Part shown: positions 53,747 through 63,105 of the stretch, piece by piece
Layout of the letters: every line of letters begins with the position of its first letter
How positions within the stretch are numbered: the first letter of the stretch is position 1
Source: an uncultured Lentisphaerota bacterium
Lineage (GTDB): Bacteria; Verrucomicrobiota; Kiritimatiellia; CAIQIC01
Assembly (NCBI GenBank): GCA_903889245.1
Contig: CAISWQ010000038.1
Span: forward strand, 68,763-132,762
DNA: 64,000 nucleotides
Reading direction: 5' to 3'
Made by a program: the position numbers and the translations under genes
The notes under the pieces: generated by a model
Seen by the model: only the letters and a program-made list of their open reading frames with translations
What the model was told of the DNA's origin: nothing
Database searches by the model: none

Positions 53747-56700
53747 ATGAAAAGTTATTGCACGGCTGCACTCACCTTCCTTCTGCTCGGCTTCCAACTC
53801 ATTGCAGCCGTCAATCCTCGCGGCGGTTCTTGTGCTCCTTTCGATCTGACCACCGAGATGCAGGCGACTCCGCTGGGCATTGACCTCGACCAGGTCCGGG
53901 CGTCCTGGAAGATGCCGGTGCGGCTGGATGCCAAAGGGGCGGTTACACGCGACCAGCGGCAAACGGCCTATCAAATCCGCGTCGCCGCTTCGGCGCAGGC
54001 GCTGGAGAAAAGTCCGGCGGAACTGCTGTGGGACTCGGGCCGCATCGAGTCGAACGCCAGCCAGCTGGTGGCGCTGCCCGTGAAGCTTGATTCATTCCGG
54101 CGCTATTTTTGGACTGTCCGCGTTTGGGATGAGAACCAGCGCCCCGGCGATTATGCGCCGGCGACCTGGTTTGAAACCGGCGCGATCCGTCCCGCCGACT
54201 GGCAGCTTGGCGCTGCCTGCAAATGGATTCAGTCGCCGCTGACGCCGGTGGAAGACGAGAAGTTCCGCACATGGGCGAAGTTCGCCATCTTTCCGCTCCA
54301 GCCGCAGCTCGACAGATCGTGGACGATGTCGCCCGAAGACCTCGCCAAAGCGGACAAGGAATATTACGAACTGTTCCGCGACACGGCCTGGCCGGCGTCC
54401 CTGTTCCGGCGCGAGTTCGCGATCAGGAGTCCGCTGGTCCGGGCCAGACTCTACATTTCGGGGCTGGGCTATTACCGCGCGTTCTTGAACGGCCAAAAGC
54501 TGGGCGAGCGGGATTTAGCTCCCAGCGATTCGCATTTCGGGGTCAAGGTGAACTACCAGGTTTTCGATCTCACCTCGCAGTTGAACAGCGGCACGAACTG
54601 TCTGGGCGTGGAGGCGGTGACGGGTCGGCTGCGGGCCTGGCTGGGGCACACGCCGGAGCAATACCACGACCGCCCGGTGTTGCTGGCGCGGCTGGCGCTG
54701 GAGTATGCCGACGGATCGCAGGAAATCATTTCGTCCGACGAGTCGTGGCAATGTGGCGGCGGCGGGATTGAGCGGCAGAAGTTCTGGTGCGGCGAACTCT
54801 TCGACGCCAACACCGAACCGGTGGGTTGGAAACTGTCCGGCTTTGACGCGCGTGGCTGGGTCGCCGCCGAGGCAGCGAAACCCACACAGCCGCTGGGAGA
54901 ATTGCGATGGGATGCCATGCCGCCCGAGAAAATCGTCGAGCAAGGTCATCCGCTGAAGCGGACGAATCCTATGCCGGGAGTCTGGGTTTACGATTTCGGC
55001 AAACAATTGGCTGGCCGCGTGCGGCTGCACTTCAAGAATCTGCAAAAAGGCCAGACAGTGATTGTGCGTTATGCCGAGGCGATTGGCGGACAGGCCGAAG
55101 GGGTGCAACACAGCCTGGCCTACTACGATGGTTTTGGGAACACCGCACAGAAGCCGGGTACGCTCAAGTTCAAGCGCCGCGGCAGCGATGGCGCGTTCCG
55201 TTGGGCGGACGTCACCTTGCCCGGTGGAATAAAGCAAAGAGTGAATCAATGTTTCGGCGGACTGGCTTACACGGATATGTTTGTCTCCGCCGGCAAACCA
55301 GAGGAAGTTTGGTCGCCGTCGTTCACCTACACCGGCTTTCGTTATATCGAGGTGCTGGGGCTGCAAACGCCGCTGGAACTCGAAGCGGTGGACGGGTTCA
55401 ACCTGATCACCGTCTCGCCGCGCGTCGGCGACCTGACCACGGATAACACCAAGCTGAACCGCGTGCTGAAGGCGGTTCAGGACACGCTGGAGCTGAATTA
55501 CCATTCCCAGTTGCAGGACAACAACGGCGCTGAGCGCGGGCCGAACAGCGAGATGCCTGCGTTGAACAATCTCAACGTTGCCTACTGGCTGGGTCATCAC
55601 GCCCTCTTGAGCAAGCTGCTGGATGACAACATCAGGATGAGCGAGAAAACCCGCTGGCCGATCACTTTCGGTTGCGGCGCGCGGGCCACCACCGCCAACG
55701 CGCAGAATCACCACATTCTGCTTATAGACATGGATCATTACGGCCAGACGCCATCGGACTTGATGGCGTTCTATGGCGACCAGCGTTTGCTCGAACCGTT
55801 CATTCCGTGGATGAAAACTTTCATCCGGGAGGTGACCGAATACACCATCTGGAACCGGGTCACCCATTACGGCGATCACATCGCGTTGAGCGCGCAGGTG
55901 GATGTGCCGGAGCTGCGCGGCGAATACAAGACCCTTCCGGAAATGTTCGCGCAATGCGACGTGGCGATGCGCATCGGCCACCGGATGACGGACTTGCTGC
56001 AAGCGGTCGGGCGGCAATCGGAAGCCAAGGAAATCCAAGGCATCATGGATCGTTTCCAGCAGGATTGCTCCAGCCGTTTCTTCGATGCCCAGACTGGCGC
56101 GTGGTTGCCGATGCTTTACACCCGCCAGCAGTTGAACGCGGCCTTGGACGACGGCGGTTTCGAGCCACGTCCGTCGCGTGAGACGATGGCGAAAGAGATT
56201 GTGGAAGAATTCAAAACCAAGACCAAAGGCCACCTGATCACCGGCTCGCGGTTGAGCGATCCCATGCTGCACCTGCTCAGTCAGGGCGGCCAGGCCGACA
56301 CCGCCTGCGACATCCTGCTCCGCGAAGAATTTCCGAGCATCCTGAACATGATCAGCGGAACGGGCAACACAATCCGCGAAAGCTGGGGCGAAAACGACGC
56401 CTTCTCCCAGATCGAAGGCGTCACCGCGATGGGCAACTGGTTCTATCGTGACCTGGTGGGAATCGCCCCCGACCTCCGCCAGCCGGCGTTTGCGCACTTT
56501 GTGCTGCGGCCCATCCTGCCGCGTCAGTTGAACTCGGTGAAGTTCAGCTACGAAAGTCCGCGCGGTTTGATCCAGAGCCGGATGCTCCGCCAGAAAAAAC
56601 GTTTGCAGTGGGACGTGACCGTGCCGCCCAACACCACCGCCACCGTCTCGTTTCCCGCCGCCGCGCTCAACCAGATCACGGAGTCTGGCAAGCCGGTGCT

Positions 56701-56794
56701 GAAGGTCAGCGGGGTCGCTGCCGCCGCAGACACCAATGGGCAGCCGTCGGTGCAGCTCGGATCGGGAACTTACCACTTTGAAATGCCGCAATGA
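53747..56794 (+). CDS. GH78-family alpha-L-rhamnosidase-like protein (third paralog)
   Basis: Signal peptide MKSYCTAALTFLLLGFQLIAA. An RASWKM...QTAYQIRVA N-terminal block is homologous to the other two GH78 genes and the length is similar (about 1015 aa). The track ORF starts at 53702. Confidence 0.75.
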   Translation: MKSYCTAALTFLLLGFQLIAAVNPRGGSCAPFDLTTEMQATPLGIDLDQVRASWKMPVRLDAKGAVTRDQRQTAYQIRVAASAQALEKSPAELLWDSGRIESNASQLVALPVKLDSFRRYFWTVRVWDENQRPGDYAPATWFETGAIRPADWQLGAACKWIQSPLTPVEDEKFRTWAKFAIFPLQPQLDRSWTMSPEDLAKADKEYYELFRDTAWPASLFRREFAIRSPLVRARLYISGLGYYRAFLNGQKLGERDLAPSDSHFGVKVNYQVFDLTSQLNSGTNCLGVEAVTGRLRAWLGHTPEQYHDRPVLLARLALEYADGSQEIISSDESWQCGGGGIERQKFWCGELFDANTEPVGWKLSGFDARGWVAAEAAKPTQPLGELRWDAMPPEKIVEQGHPLKRTNPMPGVWVYDFGKQLAGRVRLHFKNLQKGQTVIVRYAEAIGGQAEGVQHSLAYYDGFGNTAQKPGTLKFKRRGSDGAFRWADVTLPGGIKQRVNQCFGGLAYTDMFVSAGKPEEVWSPSFTYTGFRYIEVLGLQTPLELEAVDGFNLITVSPRVGDLTTDNTKLNRVLKAVQDTLELNYHSQLQDNNGAERGPNSEMPALNNLNVAYWLGHHALLSKLLDDNIRMSEKTRWPITFGCGARATTANAQNHHILLIDMDHYGQTPSDLMAFYGDQRLLEPFIPWMKTFIREVTEYTIWNRVTHYGDHIALSAQVDVPELRGEYKTLPEMFAQCDVAMRIGHRMTDLLQAVGRQSEAKEIQGIMDRFQQDCSSRFFDAQTGAWLPMLYTRQQLNAALDDGGFEPRPSRETMAKEIVEEFKTKTKGHLITGSRLSDPMLHLLSQGGQADTACDILLREEFPSILNMISGTGNTIRESWGENDAFSQIEGVTAMGNWFYRDLVGIAPDLRQPAFAHFVLRPILPRQLNSVKFSYESPRGLIQSRMLRQKKRLQWDVTVPPNTTATVSFPAAALNQITESGKPVLKVSGVAAAADTNGQPSVQLGSGTYHFEMPQ

Positions 56795-56949
56795 ATCCAA
56801 CTATCCAACGCCTTTCAGCCGCCGTTCCCCGGGGCAGAGTTCTGTCTTCGCCGGCGCAACTGGCCGGCTGCGACACCGACGGGCTCGGCTACAAAAGCTT
56901 TCGGCCCGACGAGGTGGTGATTCCGGCGGACGCGGAAAAGTTAATTGCA

Positions 56950-57131
56950 GCTGTGGGCGCGGCGCGCATGGCTACATCCCCACGGCGAAGGCCTTCGCCG
57001 GCGGCAGCTACGAAACGTGGTTCGGCGAGCACTCCTACCTCATCACGCGCGCCGGCGAGATCACCGAGAGGGAAGCGTTGGACATCCTGGAGCGTTTGAA
57101 AGGCGCGGCGCAAAACAAAACCCGACGATGA
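56950..57131 (+). pseudogene. 3' fragment of a neutral-ceramidase-like gene (C-terminal ~55 codons only)
   Basis: The fragment encodes GAHGYIPTAKAFAGGSYETWFGEHSYLITRAGEITEREALDILERLK. It is about 85-90% identical at nucleotide level to 59390-59530, the C-terminus of the gene at 58195-59547. No upstream part of the gene is present. Confidence 0.6.
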
Positions 57132-58198
57132 ACACTACGCAACCAGTCCGCATGAAGACACGCTGCTGCATAGTGGCACTGCTGGCCGTAGGGTGCAGTT
57201 TGGCCCGGGGCGCAGAACTGCTGGACCGGCCCAAGAGCCTGTTCATCTCGCCATCCGCGCTGTGGAACATACCGGACGCGAAAATCCGCGAATGGTTCGA
57301 GCACATCTCCGCGCACCACCGGACGCCGGGCAGTCCGCAACGGATTGATGCGCTCGTGTTGTCGGACATCGCCGATGTTGATCCCGGCGACCCTTCGGGT
57401 TCCAGCGCGCGCCTGCTCGCGACGCCGGCAGCGGGCATGCCCACCAACTGGTGCCATCCGCTCAATCACAAGCTCGATGTCATCGCGCCACACTTCAAGA
57501 ACTTCGACGCCGTCTATGTGGGGACGGCCCACATCGCTTGGAAGGGCGCGGGCAACGCCTATGACACGGGAATTCTCGACGCAGGTTTCCGGCAGAAGAA
57601 TCTGCGGATCGCCACCAACGCGCTGGACCGCTTCATTGCGCGCTACCCGGACTTGAACTTCAAGTGGTATATCTCCTATGAGGCCAACCTGAACTGCTTC
57701 ACCGACCCCAAGATCAAGGATGCCTATGTCGCCTATCTCGCGGAACTGTGCCGGCAGATGAGGGCGCGCCGCGAGGCCCCCATCCTCTGGTCGCCGAACT
57801 GCTGGTCGAAATTCGATTCGCTGTCGGAAACGAATCGCGCCGCGCTCGTCGTCAGCCTAAAGGATTTCTTCGCGCGCGTCCCCATCACCGACCTGCACTA
57901 TCAGGATTTCATGGGCGGCAGTTCCGCGTCCGGCCCGTATCGCTTCACGCCACAGGATGTCAAAGGCTACTACGACCTGCTCGCCGGCCTGGGCGGCCCG
58001 CGCGTCCGTGTCAACGTGGAGATGTTCGTCGTCACCGACCTGAAAAGCTTCTCGCTCGCGCCGATGAGCCACGCCGACTATGTGCAGCGCATGCGGGACT
58101 ACGACAAGCTGCAACTGCCGCTCGGTGCCTCGTGGGAAATCCGCTACTGGTATCCGGCGCATCAGGGCGCTGCGCCCTGCAGAGGAACAAAACCATGA
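57128..58198 (+). CDS. secreted hypothetical protein
   Basis: ATGA overlap with the fragment ORF. Signal peptide MKTRCCIVALLAVGCSLARGA. No recognised motif. Confidence 0.55.
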   Translation: MNTTQPVRMKTRCCIVALLAVGCSLARGAELLDRPKSLFISPSALWNIPDAKIREWFEHISAHHRTPGSPQRIDALVLSDIADVDPGDPSGSSARLLATPAAGMPTNWCHPLNHKLDVIAPHFKNFDAVYVGTAHIAWKGAGNAYDTGILDAGFRQKNLRIATNALDRFIARYPDLNFKWYISYEANLNCFTDPKIKDAYVAYLAELCRQMRARREAPILWSPNCWSKFDSLSETNRAALVVSLKDFFARVPITDLHYQDFMGGSSASGPYRFTPQDVKGYYDLLAGLGGPRVRVNVEMFVVTDLKSFSLAPMSHADYVQRMRDYDKLQLPLGASWEIRYWYPAHQGAAPCRGTKP

Positions 58199-59547
58199 CA
58201 ACCCGGCAACGTTTCCAAGGATGGGAAATTGAAAGCAGTGGTTTTTCCACGCCTTGGAAACTGCTGCCGCTCGCGCTGCTGGCGGTGTGGCCGGCGCTGG
58301 CCAGTGACACGATCAAGGCGGGCGTGGGCATGGTGGACATCACACCGGCCGAGCCGGTCGTGCTGGCGGGTTCGCCGACCAGGCTGAAGTCCACGGCGGT
58401 CGGCACGCATCTCTATGCGAAAGCGCTGGTGCTGGCCGGCAATGGGTAGCGGGTGGCGATCGTCACCTTGGACACGTTGAAATATCCCGTGGACTGCGTC
58501 GTGCGGGCGCGCCAGGCCGTCGAGCAGGCCACCGGCATCGCAGCGAGCAACGTCATCATCTGTGCCTCGCACACGCACCGCGGTCCGCTGTGGCCCTCTT
58601 ACAAGGATCAACTCGTGACGCCCATCGCCGACGCGGTGGCGCAGGCGGCGCGCGACCTCGCGCCGTGTACGCTCGGTGTGGCGCAGGGCAGGGTCGAGGG
58701 CGTGAGCAAATGCCGCCGCGTGATCAAGGAAGGGCACGCTTGGAACCGCTGGCAGTTGCCGGCGGCGGAGCAGGAAAAATATCCGGCGGAGAGCGCGCTC
58801 GATCCCGCAGTGGGGGTACTGGCGGTGACCGGCCAGGACGGAAAGTATAAGGCAGTCGTGTTCAACTTTGCGTGTCACGCCGCCAACACGCGCGCCCTCG
58901 CGGTCTCGGCGGATTTTCCGGGCGATGCGCAGCAGGTGGTGCAAAAGAAATTGGGCTATGCCGTGCCCACGCTGTTTCTCACCGGCGCCTGTGGCGATGT
59001 GAATCCCATCTACAGCGCGAAACGCGAATTGTTCGGCGAGAAGCTCGGTGGCGAAATCATGCGCTGCCTGGGCCGGCTTGAACCGATCCAGAAGCCGACG
59101 CTGGCGCTGGAATGCCGCGAGTTGCACATGCCGGGCCGCGAGCAGCCGGAATTCAAGGAGGCGGAGGTGATCCGCAACTGGCCCGGCCAGCTTGAGCACT
59201 ACAGAAAATCGTTCAGCGACATGAAGCAGCGGGCCAAGCCGGCCTATCCATTTTTCATCACCAGCCTGCGTCTGGGCGAGGACTTCACCATCGTGACCAA
59301 TCCCGACGAGCTGTTCTGCGAAATCGGTTTGAGCATCAAGCAGCAGTCGCCCTTCAAGCACACGCTGGTCGTCGAGCAGGTCAACGGCGCGCACGGCTAC
59401 ATCCCCACGGCGAAGGCGTTCGCCGGCGGCAGCTACGAGACGTGGTTCGGCGAGCACTCCTATCTCACCACGCGCGCCGGCGACATCATCGAAAAGGAAT
59501 CGCTGGACATCCTGAATCGCTTGAAGCACGCTGAACACAAGCCCTAG
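58195..59547 (+). pseudogene. neutral/alkaline ceramidase-like gene interrupted by an in-frame TAG at 58447-58449 (pseudogene, sequencing error or stop-codon readthrough)
   Basis: The two track ORFs 57748..58449 and 58453..59547 are in the same frame. Read together they align across the TAG with the intact paralog at 60948: ...AKALVLAGNG*RVAIVTLD versus ...AQAVIIASGGKRLAIVGVD. The downstream segment ICASHTHRGP matches the ceramidase catalytic region. Confidence 0.55.
58211..58261. repeat. palindrome doublet (degenerate, 32 bp apart) at the 5' end of the ceramidase-like gene
   Basis: GTTTCCAAGGATGGGAAAT and GTTTTTCCACGCCTTGGAAAC. If the ATG at 58195 is the start, they are read as RFQGWEI....FSTPWK before the hydrophobic signal segment. 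Confidence 0.75.
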
Positions 59548-59636
59548 CAGCTCTCCGCGCTGCCTGTTGCCGGGCCACCGGCGCGGGCGCGCGTTGGCGG
59601 CGGAAAAATTACTGAAGAAAGTTTCTGGAACAACAC

Positions 59637-60941
59637 ATGAACAACAAGCACAGCCAGACGAGCCGGCGGACTTTTTTGAAAAAAATCACCGCGGCTACCG
59701 GCGCGGTGATGTGCCCAGCTTTCATCCCCGCGCCGGTCTTGGGACGCGGCGGTGCGGTGGCGCCGAGCGAAAAAATCGGGCTGGGCGTGATCGGGATGGG
59801 CTCACGCTGCGCGGTGGTGCTGGATTCGATGCTGGGCGAACCGGATGTGCGTTGCCTCGCGGTGTGCGATGTGCAGGCTGGCCGCCGTACGAGCGCGAAG
59901 GCGATGGTGGACTCCCGCAATGGCGCCAAGGATTGCGCCACCTACGGCGATTTTCGCGAGCTGCTGGCGCGGCCGGACATCGATGCCGTGCTCATCGCCA
60001 CCGGCGATCGCTGGCACGCGCTGGCCTCGATCCTGGCGGCGCGCGCCGGCAAGGATATTTACAGCGAGAAACCGTGCGGGATCAACAGCGCCGAGTGCGC
60101 GCTGATCGAGACGACGATGCGCCAGTGCGGGCGGGTCTATCAGGGCGGCACGCAGCGCCGCAGCGTGGCTAATTTCCAGAAGGCGGTCCAACTGGCCCAC
60201 AGCGGCAAGCTCGGCCGGCTGCGCACGCTCCATGCGTCCGTCTATGAACCCTTCATCAATCTCGCCTGTCTGCCGGCCGAGCCGGAGCCGCCGCGCGCGG
60301 AGCTGGATTGGGACATGTGGCTCGGCCCCGCGCCGTGGCGGCCCTACAACCACCGCTACGTCGCCGGCCGCGGCTGGCAAGGCTACGAGGATTTCACCGC
60401 GGGCGCCAACCTGATGGATTGGGGCGCGCACACGGTGGATATCTGCCAGTGGGCCAACCGCGCCGACGCCAGCGGCCCCGTCGAGTTCGAACTGGCTCCC
60501 GACAAAATCCTGGCGCGCTATGCCAACGGCGTCGTGCTCGAACTCAACTACGAGCGGCGCGTGCCGCAGCAGAGCCAGTTGAACCTGGGCACGTGCCCGG
60601 TGCGGTTCGTCGGCGACGAGGGCTGGGTGGAAACCGGCGATACCGGCGAGATCGCCGTCTATCCCGCTTCGCTGGAGAGTGCCCTGCACCGCGGACAGAA
60701 AGTCACGGGCCTCGACGCGGGCGGCCACGCGCGGAATTTCTTCGACTGCGTCCGCTCCCGCGCAGCGCCGGTCGTCAATCCCACCGTGATGAAGCACAGC
60801 CACAACGCCTGTCTCGCCGCCGCCACCGCGTGGCAGCTCAACCGCAAAATGACATTCGATCCGGTGAAGGCCGAGTTCATCAACGACGACGAAGCCAACC
60901 GGCTGCGTTCCCGCGCCATGCGCGAGCCGTGGATCATCTGA
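59637..60941 (+). CDS. Gfo/Idh/MocA-family NAD-dependent oxidoreductase with Tat signal (GH109-like architecture)
   Basis: Tat motif SRRTFLKKITAATGAV. Rossmann region GLGVIGMGSRCA and DAVLIATGDRWHA. Confidence 0.8.
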   Translation: MNNKHSQTSRRTFLKKITAATGAVMCPAFIPAPVLGRGGAVAPSEKIGLGVIGMGSRCAVVLDSMLGEPDVRCLAVCDVQAGRRTSAKAMVDSRNGAKDCATYGDFRELLARPDIDAVLIATGDRWHALASILAARAGKDIYSEKPCGINSAECALIETTMRQCGRVYQGGTQRRSVANFQKAVQLAHSGKLGRLRTLHASVYEPFINLACLPAEPEPPRAELDWDMWLGPAPWRPYNHRYVAGRGWQGYEDFTAGANLMDWGAHTVDICQWANRADASGPVEFELAPDKILARYANGVVLELNYERRVPQQSQLNLGTCPVRFVGDEGWVETGDTGEIAVYPASLESALHRGQKVTGLDAGGHARNFFDCVRSRAAPVVNPTVMKHSHNACLAAATAWQLNRKMTFDPVKAEFINDDEANRLRSRAMREPWII

Positions 60942-60947
60942 GCACAC

Positions 60948-62297
60948 ATGAAACACGTCCTCACCATCCTCGCCGCCTGGCTGCTTTGGCCGCTGGCGGC
61001 GGCTTCATCCGAAAGCAGTCTTGAGGTCGGCTTTGGTCAAGTGGATATCACGCCGCCGGTCGGGGGCATCATCACGGGGCCGGCCTCGCCGGTGAGCACG
61101 GGCACGGATGATCCGCTCAAGGCGCAGGCGGTGATCATCGCGAGCGGCGGGAAAAGGCTGGCCATCGTGGGCGTGGACCTGGTGAAGATCCGCCACGATC
61201 TGGCCGAGGCCGCCATCACGCAGGCCGCGCAGCGGGCGGGGCTCGCGCGCGAAGCGGTGCTGATCTGCCCGAGCCACAACCATAGCTCGCCGCTGATCCC
61301 GGCGCACGGCGACAAGAACACCATCAACCGCGACTATATCGCCACGCTGCCGAAGGCGATTGCCGACAGCATCGAGCAGGCGAACAAAAACCTGCAGCCC
61401 GCGCGCCTCTCCATCGGCCGCTCGCTGGTCTACGAGGGCCACATCAACCGCCGCGTGCTTTCCAAGGCGGACGGGCTCGCGCTGAACGTGTGGCTGAAAA
61501 AAGTGAACGACCTCAAGCAGGTGCCGCAGGTGCTGGGGACGGAAGGCCCGATCGATCCCGAGCTGTGGGTGGTCCGGTTCGATGCGCCCGATGGAAAAAT
61601 GCTCGGGGCGCTGGTGAACTTCACCTGTCATCCGTGCCTGCATGACCGCATCCAAACGCACAACTGGTCGGCGGACTACCCCGGCGTCATCGCGGCGCAG
61701 CTCGCGCAGGCGTTCGGGCCGCAGGCGAAGTGCATCTTCATGCAGGGCAGCGCCGGCAACATCCAGCCGGCGGTCACGTTCACGCCCGACTGGCTGGAGC
61801 GCGCGTCGGTGTTCGCGCGCGCCGCGGTCGAGGCCGCCAGTAACGCCGTCGCCGTCGCGGGGCCCATCGCCGTTGACTATGCGCGGCGCGACGTGGCGGT
61901 GCCGCGCTGCAATCCCGCGGCCCAGCGCGAGGGCGCCATCGAGCGCCTCGGCTGGCGGCCGGAAGCCTTCGAGGGCACCAAGCGCACTGCCGCCGCGCTG
62001 CCCGCCATGCTGACGGTCCCCGTGAGCGCCGCGCGCCTCGGCCCGTTCGCGCTCGCGACCAATCCCGGCGAGCTCTTCGTCGAGTGGGGACTGGACATCA
62101 AGAAACGCTCGCCGTTCCCGCACACCATCGTGAGCGAACTGACCAACGAGTCGATCGGCTACGAGCCCACCGCACTGGCCTTCCAGCACGAAGGCTATGA
62201 AACGCTCTCCGGCGTCAACTACGTCGCGCTCGCAGGCATCCAGCAACTGGTGGATACAGCGGTGGAGCTGTTGCAGCAGTTATGGGCGCAGAAATGA
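60948..62297 (+). CDS. neutral/alkaline ceramidase-like hydrolase (intact paralog)
   Basis: Signal peptide MKHVLTILAAWLLWPLAAA. GFGQVDITPP, LICPSHNHSSP and a C-terminal ESIGYEPTALAFQHEGYET. Collinear with the gene at 58195-59547. Confidence 0.75.
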   Translation: MKHVLTILAAWLLWPLAAASSESSLEVGFGQVDITPPVGGIITGPASPVSTGTDDPLKAQAVIIASGGKRLAIVGVDLVKIRHDLAEAAITQAAQRAGLAREAVLICPSHNHSSPLIPAHGDKNTINRDYIATLPKAIADSIEQANKNLQPARLSIGRSLVYEGHINRRVLSKADGLALNVWLKKVNDLKQVPQVLGTEGPIDPELWVVRFDAPDGKMLGALVNFTCHPCLHDRIQTHNWSADYPGVIAAQLAQAFGPQAKCIFMQGSAGNIQPAVTFTPDWLERASVFARAAVEAASNAVAVAGPIAVDYARRDVAVPRCNPAAQREGAIERLGWRPEAFEGTKRTAAALPAMLTVPVSAARLGPFALATNPGELFVEWGLDIKKRSPFPHTIVSELTNESIGYEPTALAFQHEGYETLSGVNYVALAGIQQLVDTAVELLQQLWAQK

Positions 62298-62315
62298 CCC
62301 AGAACTGGCAGAAAC

Positions 62316-62433
62316 TTTTCCAAGGATTGGTCCCGACCTCGCAGCGCGTCGGGATTCCAAGCCTTGGGAAATCCCCGGCGCTTTTTTCCAAGCCTTGGAA
62401 AAAACGGCCGAAAATTTTCCAAGCCTTGGAAAG
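62316..62433. repeat. array of 4 palindromic units lying between convergent gene ends
   Basis: Units at about 62316 (degenerate), 62352, 62383 and 62414. The last two are near-perfect (TTTTTTCCAAGCCTTGGAAAAAA and ATTTTCCAAGCCTTGGAAAG). Confidence 0.9.
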
Positions 62434-62476
62434 CGCCGACGGATATTTGTTTTACCGCGGGTGAACCGCGCCGGTT

Positions 62477-63105
62477 TCAGTCGAGATGGATGATGCCCTG
62501 CCGGATGGCTTCGATGGCCGCCTGGGTACGGCTCGTGACGCCGAGCTTCATGAACAGGTCGCGCAGGTGCGTCTTGACACTTTCATCGCCGATGGCCAGC
62601 GCGGTGGCGATTTCCTTGTTGCTCAGGCCGTTGACCAGATGCTGTAACACTTCGAGTTCGCGCGGCGAGAGGTCCTTGCGCCGGCTGCGTTCGCGCTGGC
62701 GCGCGGCGGCGTCGGGCGGCATGACGCGCCCGCCACGATGGATGGTGCGCACGGCGGTGACCAGTTCGGCGCTGGTGAGATCCTTGAGGACATAGCCGCT
62801 CGCGCCGGCCTGCAGGGCGCGATAGATATCCTCATCGCCGTCATAGACCGTGACGATCAACACGTGCGTGGCGGGCCAGCGCTTGCGGATGGCGAGTGTG
62901 GCCTCGACGCCGCCGCCACCGGGCAACCGCAAATCCATCAGCACGACATCGGGCTGGTGGCGCGCACACTGCGCCAGCGCCTCGGGTACGTCGCCGGCTT
63001 CGGCCACCACGCGCATGTCGGGTTGGCCGCTAAGAATGGTGCCGAGTCCGACGCGCAGCGCCGGATGATCATCCACGATCAGGATGGAGATGGTGTCAGG
63101 CATGT
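62477..63105 (-). CDS. NarL/FixJ-family response regulator (REC plus LuxR-type HTH)
   Basis: MPDTISILIVDDHPALRVGL...VLMDLRLPGGGG. HTH LSPRELEVLQHLVNGLSNKEIATALAIGDESVKTHL. The internal ATG at 63103 is preferred over the track's longer ORF. Confidence 0.85.

Noticed and set aside
58447-58449. Treating 57748..58449 and 58453..59547 as two separate genuine genes.
   Set aside because: They are in the same frame, separated by a single TAG. Together they are collinear with the intact paralog at 60948-62297, so a single interrupted gene is the better model.
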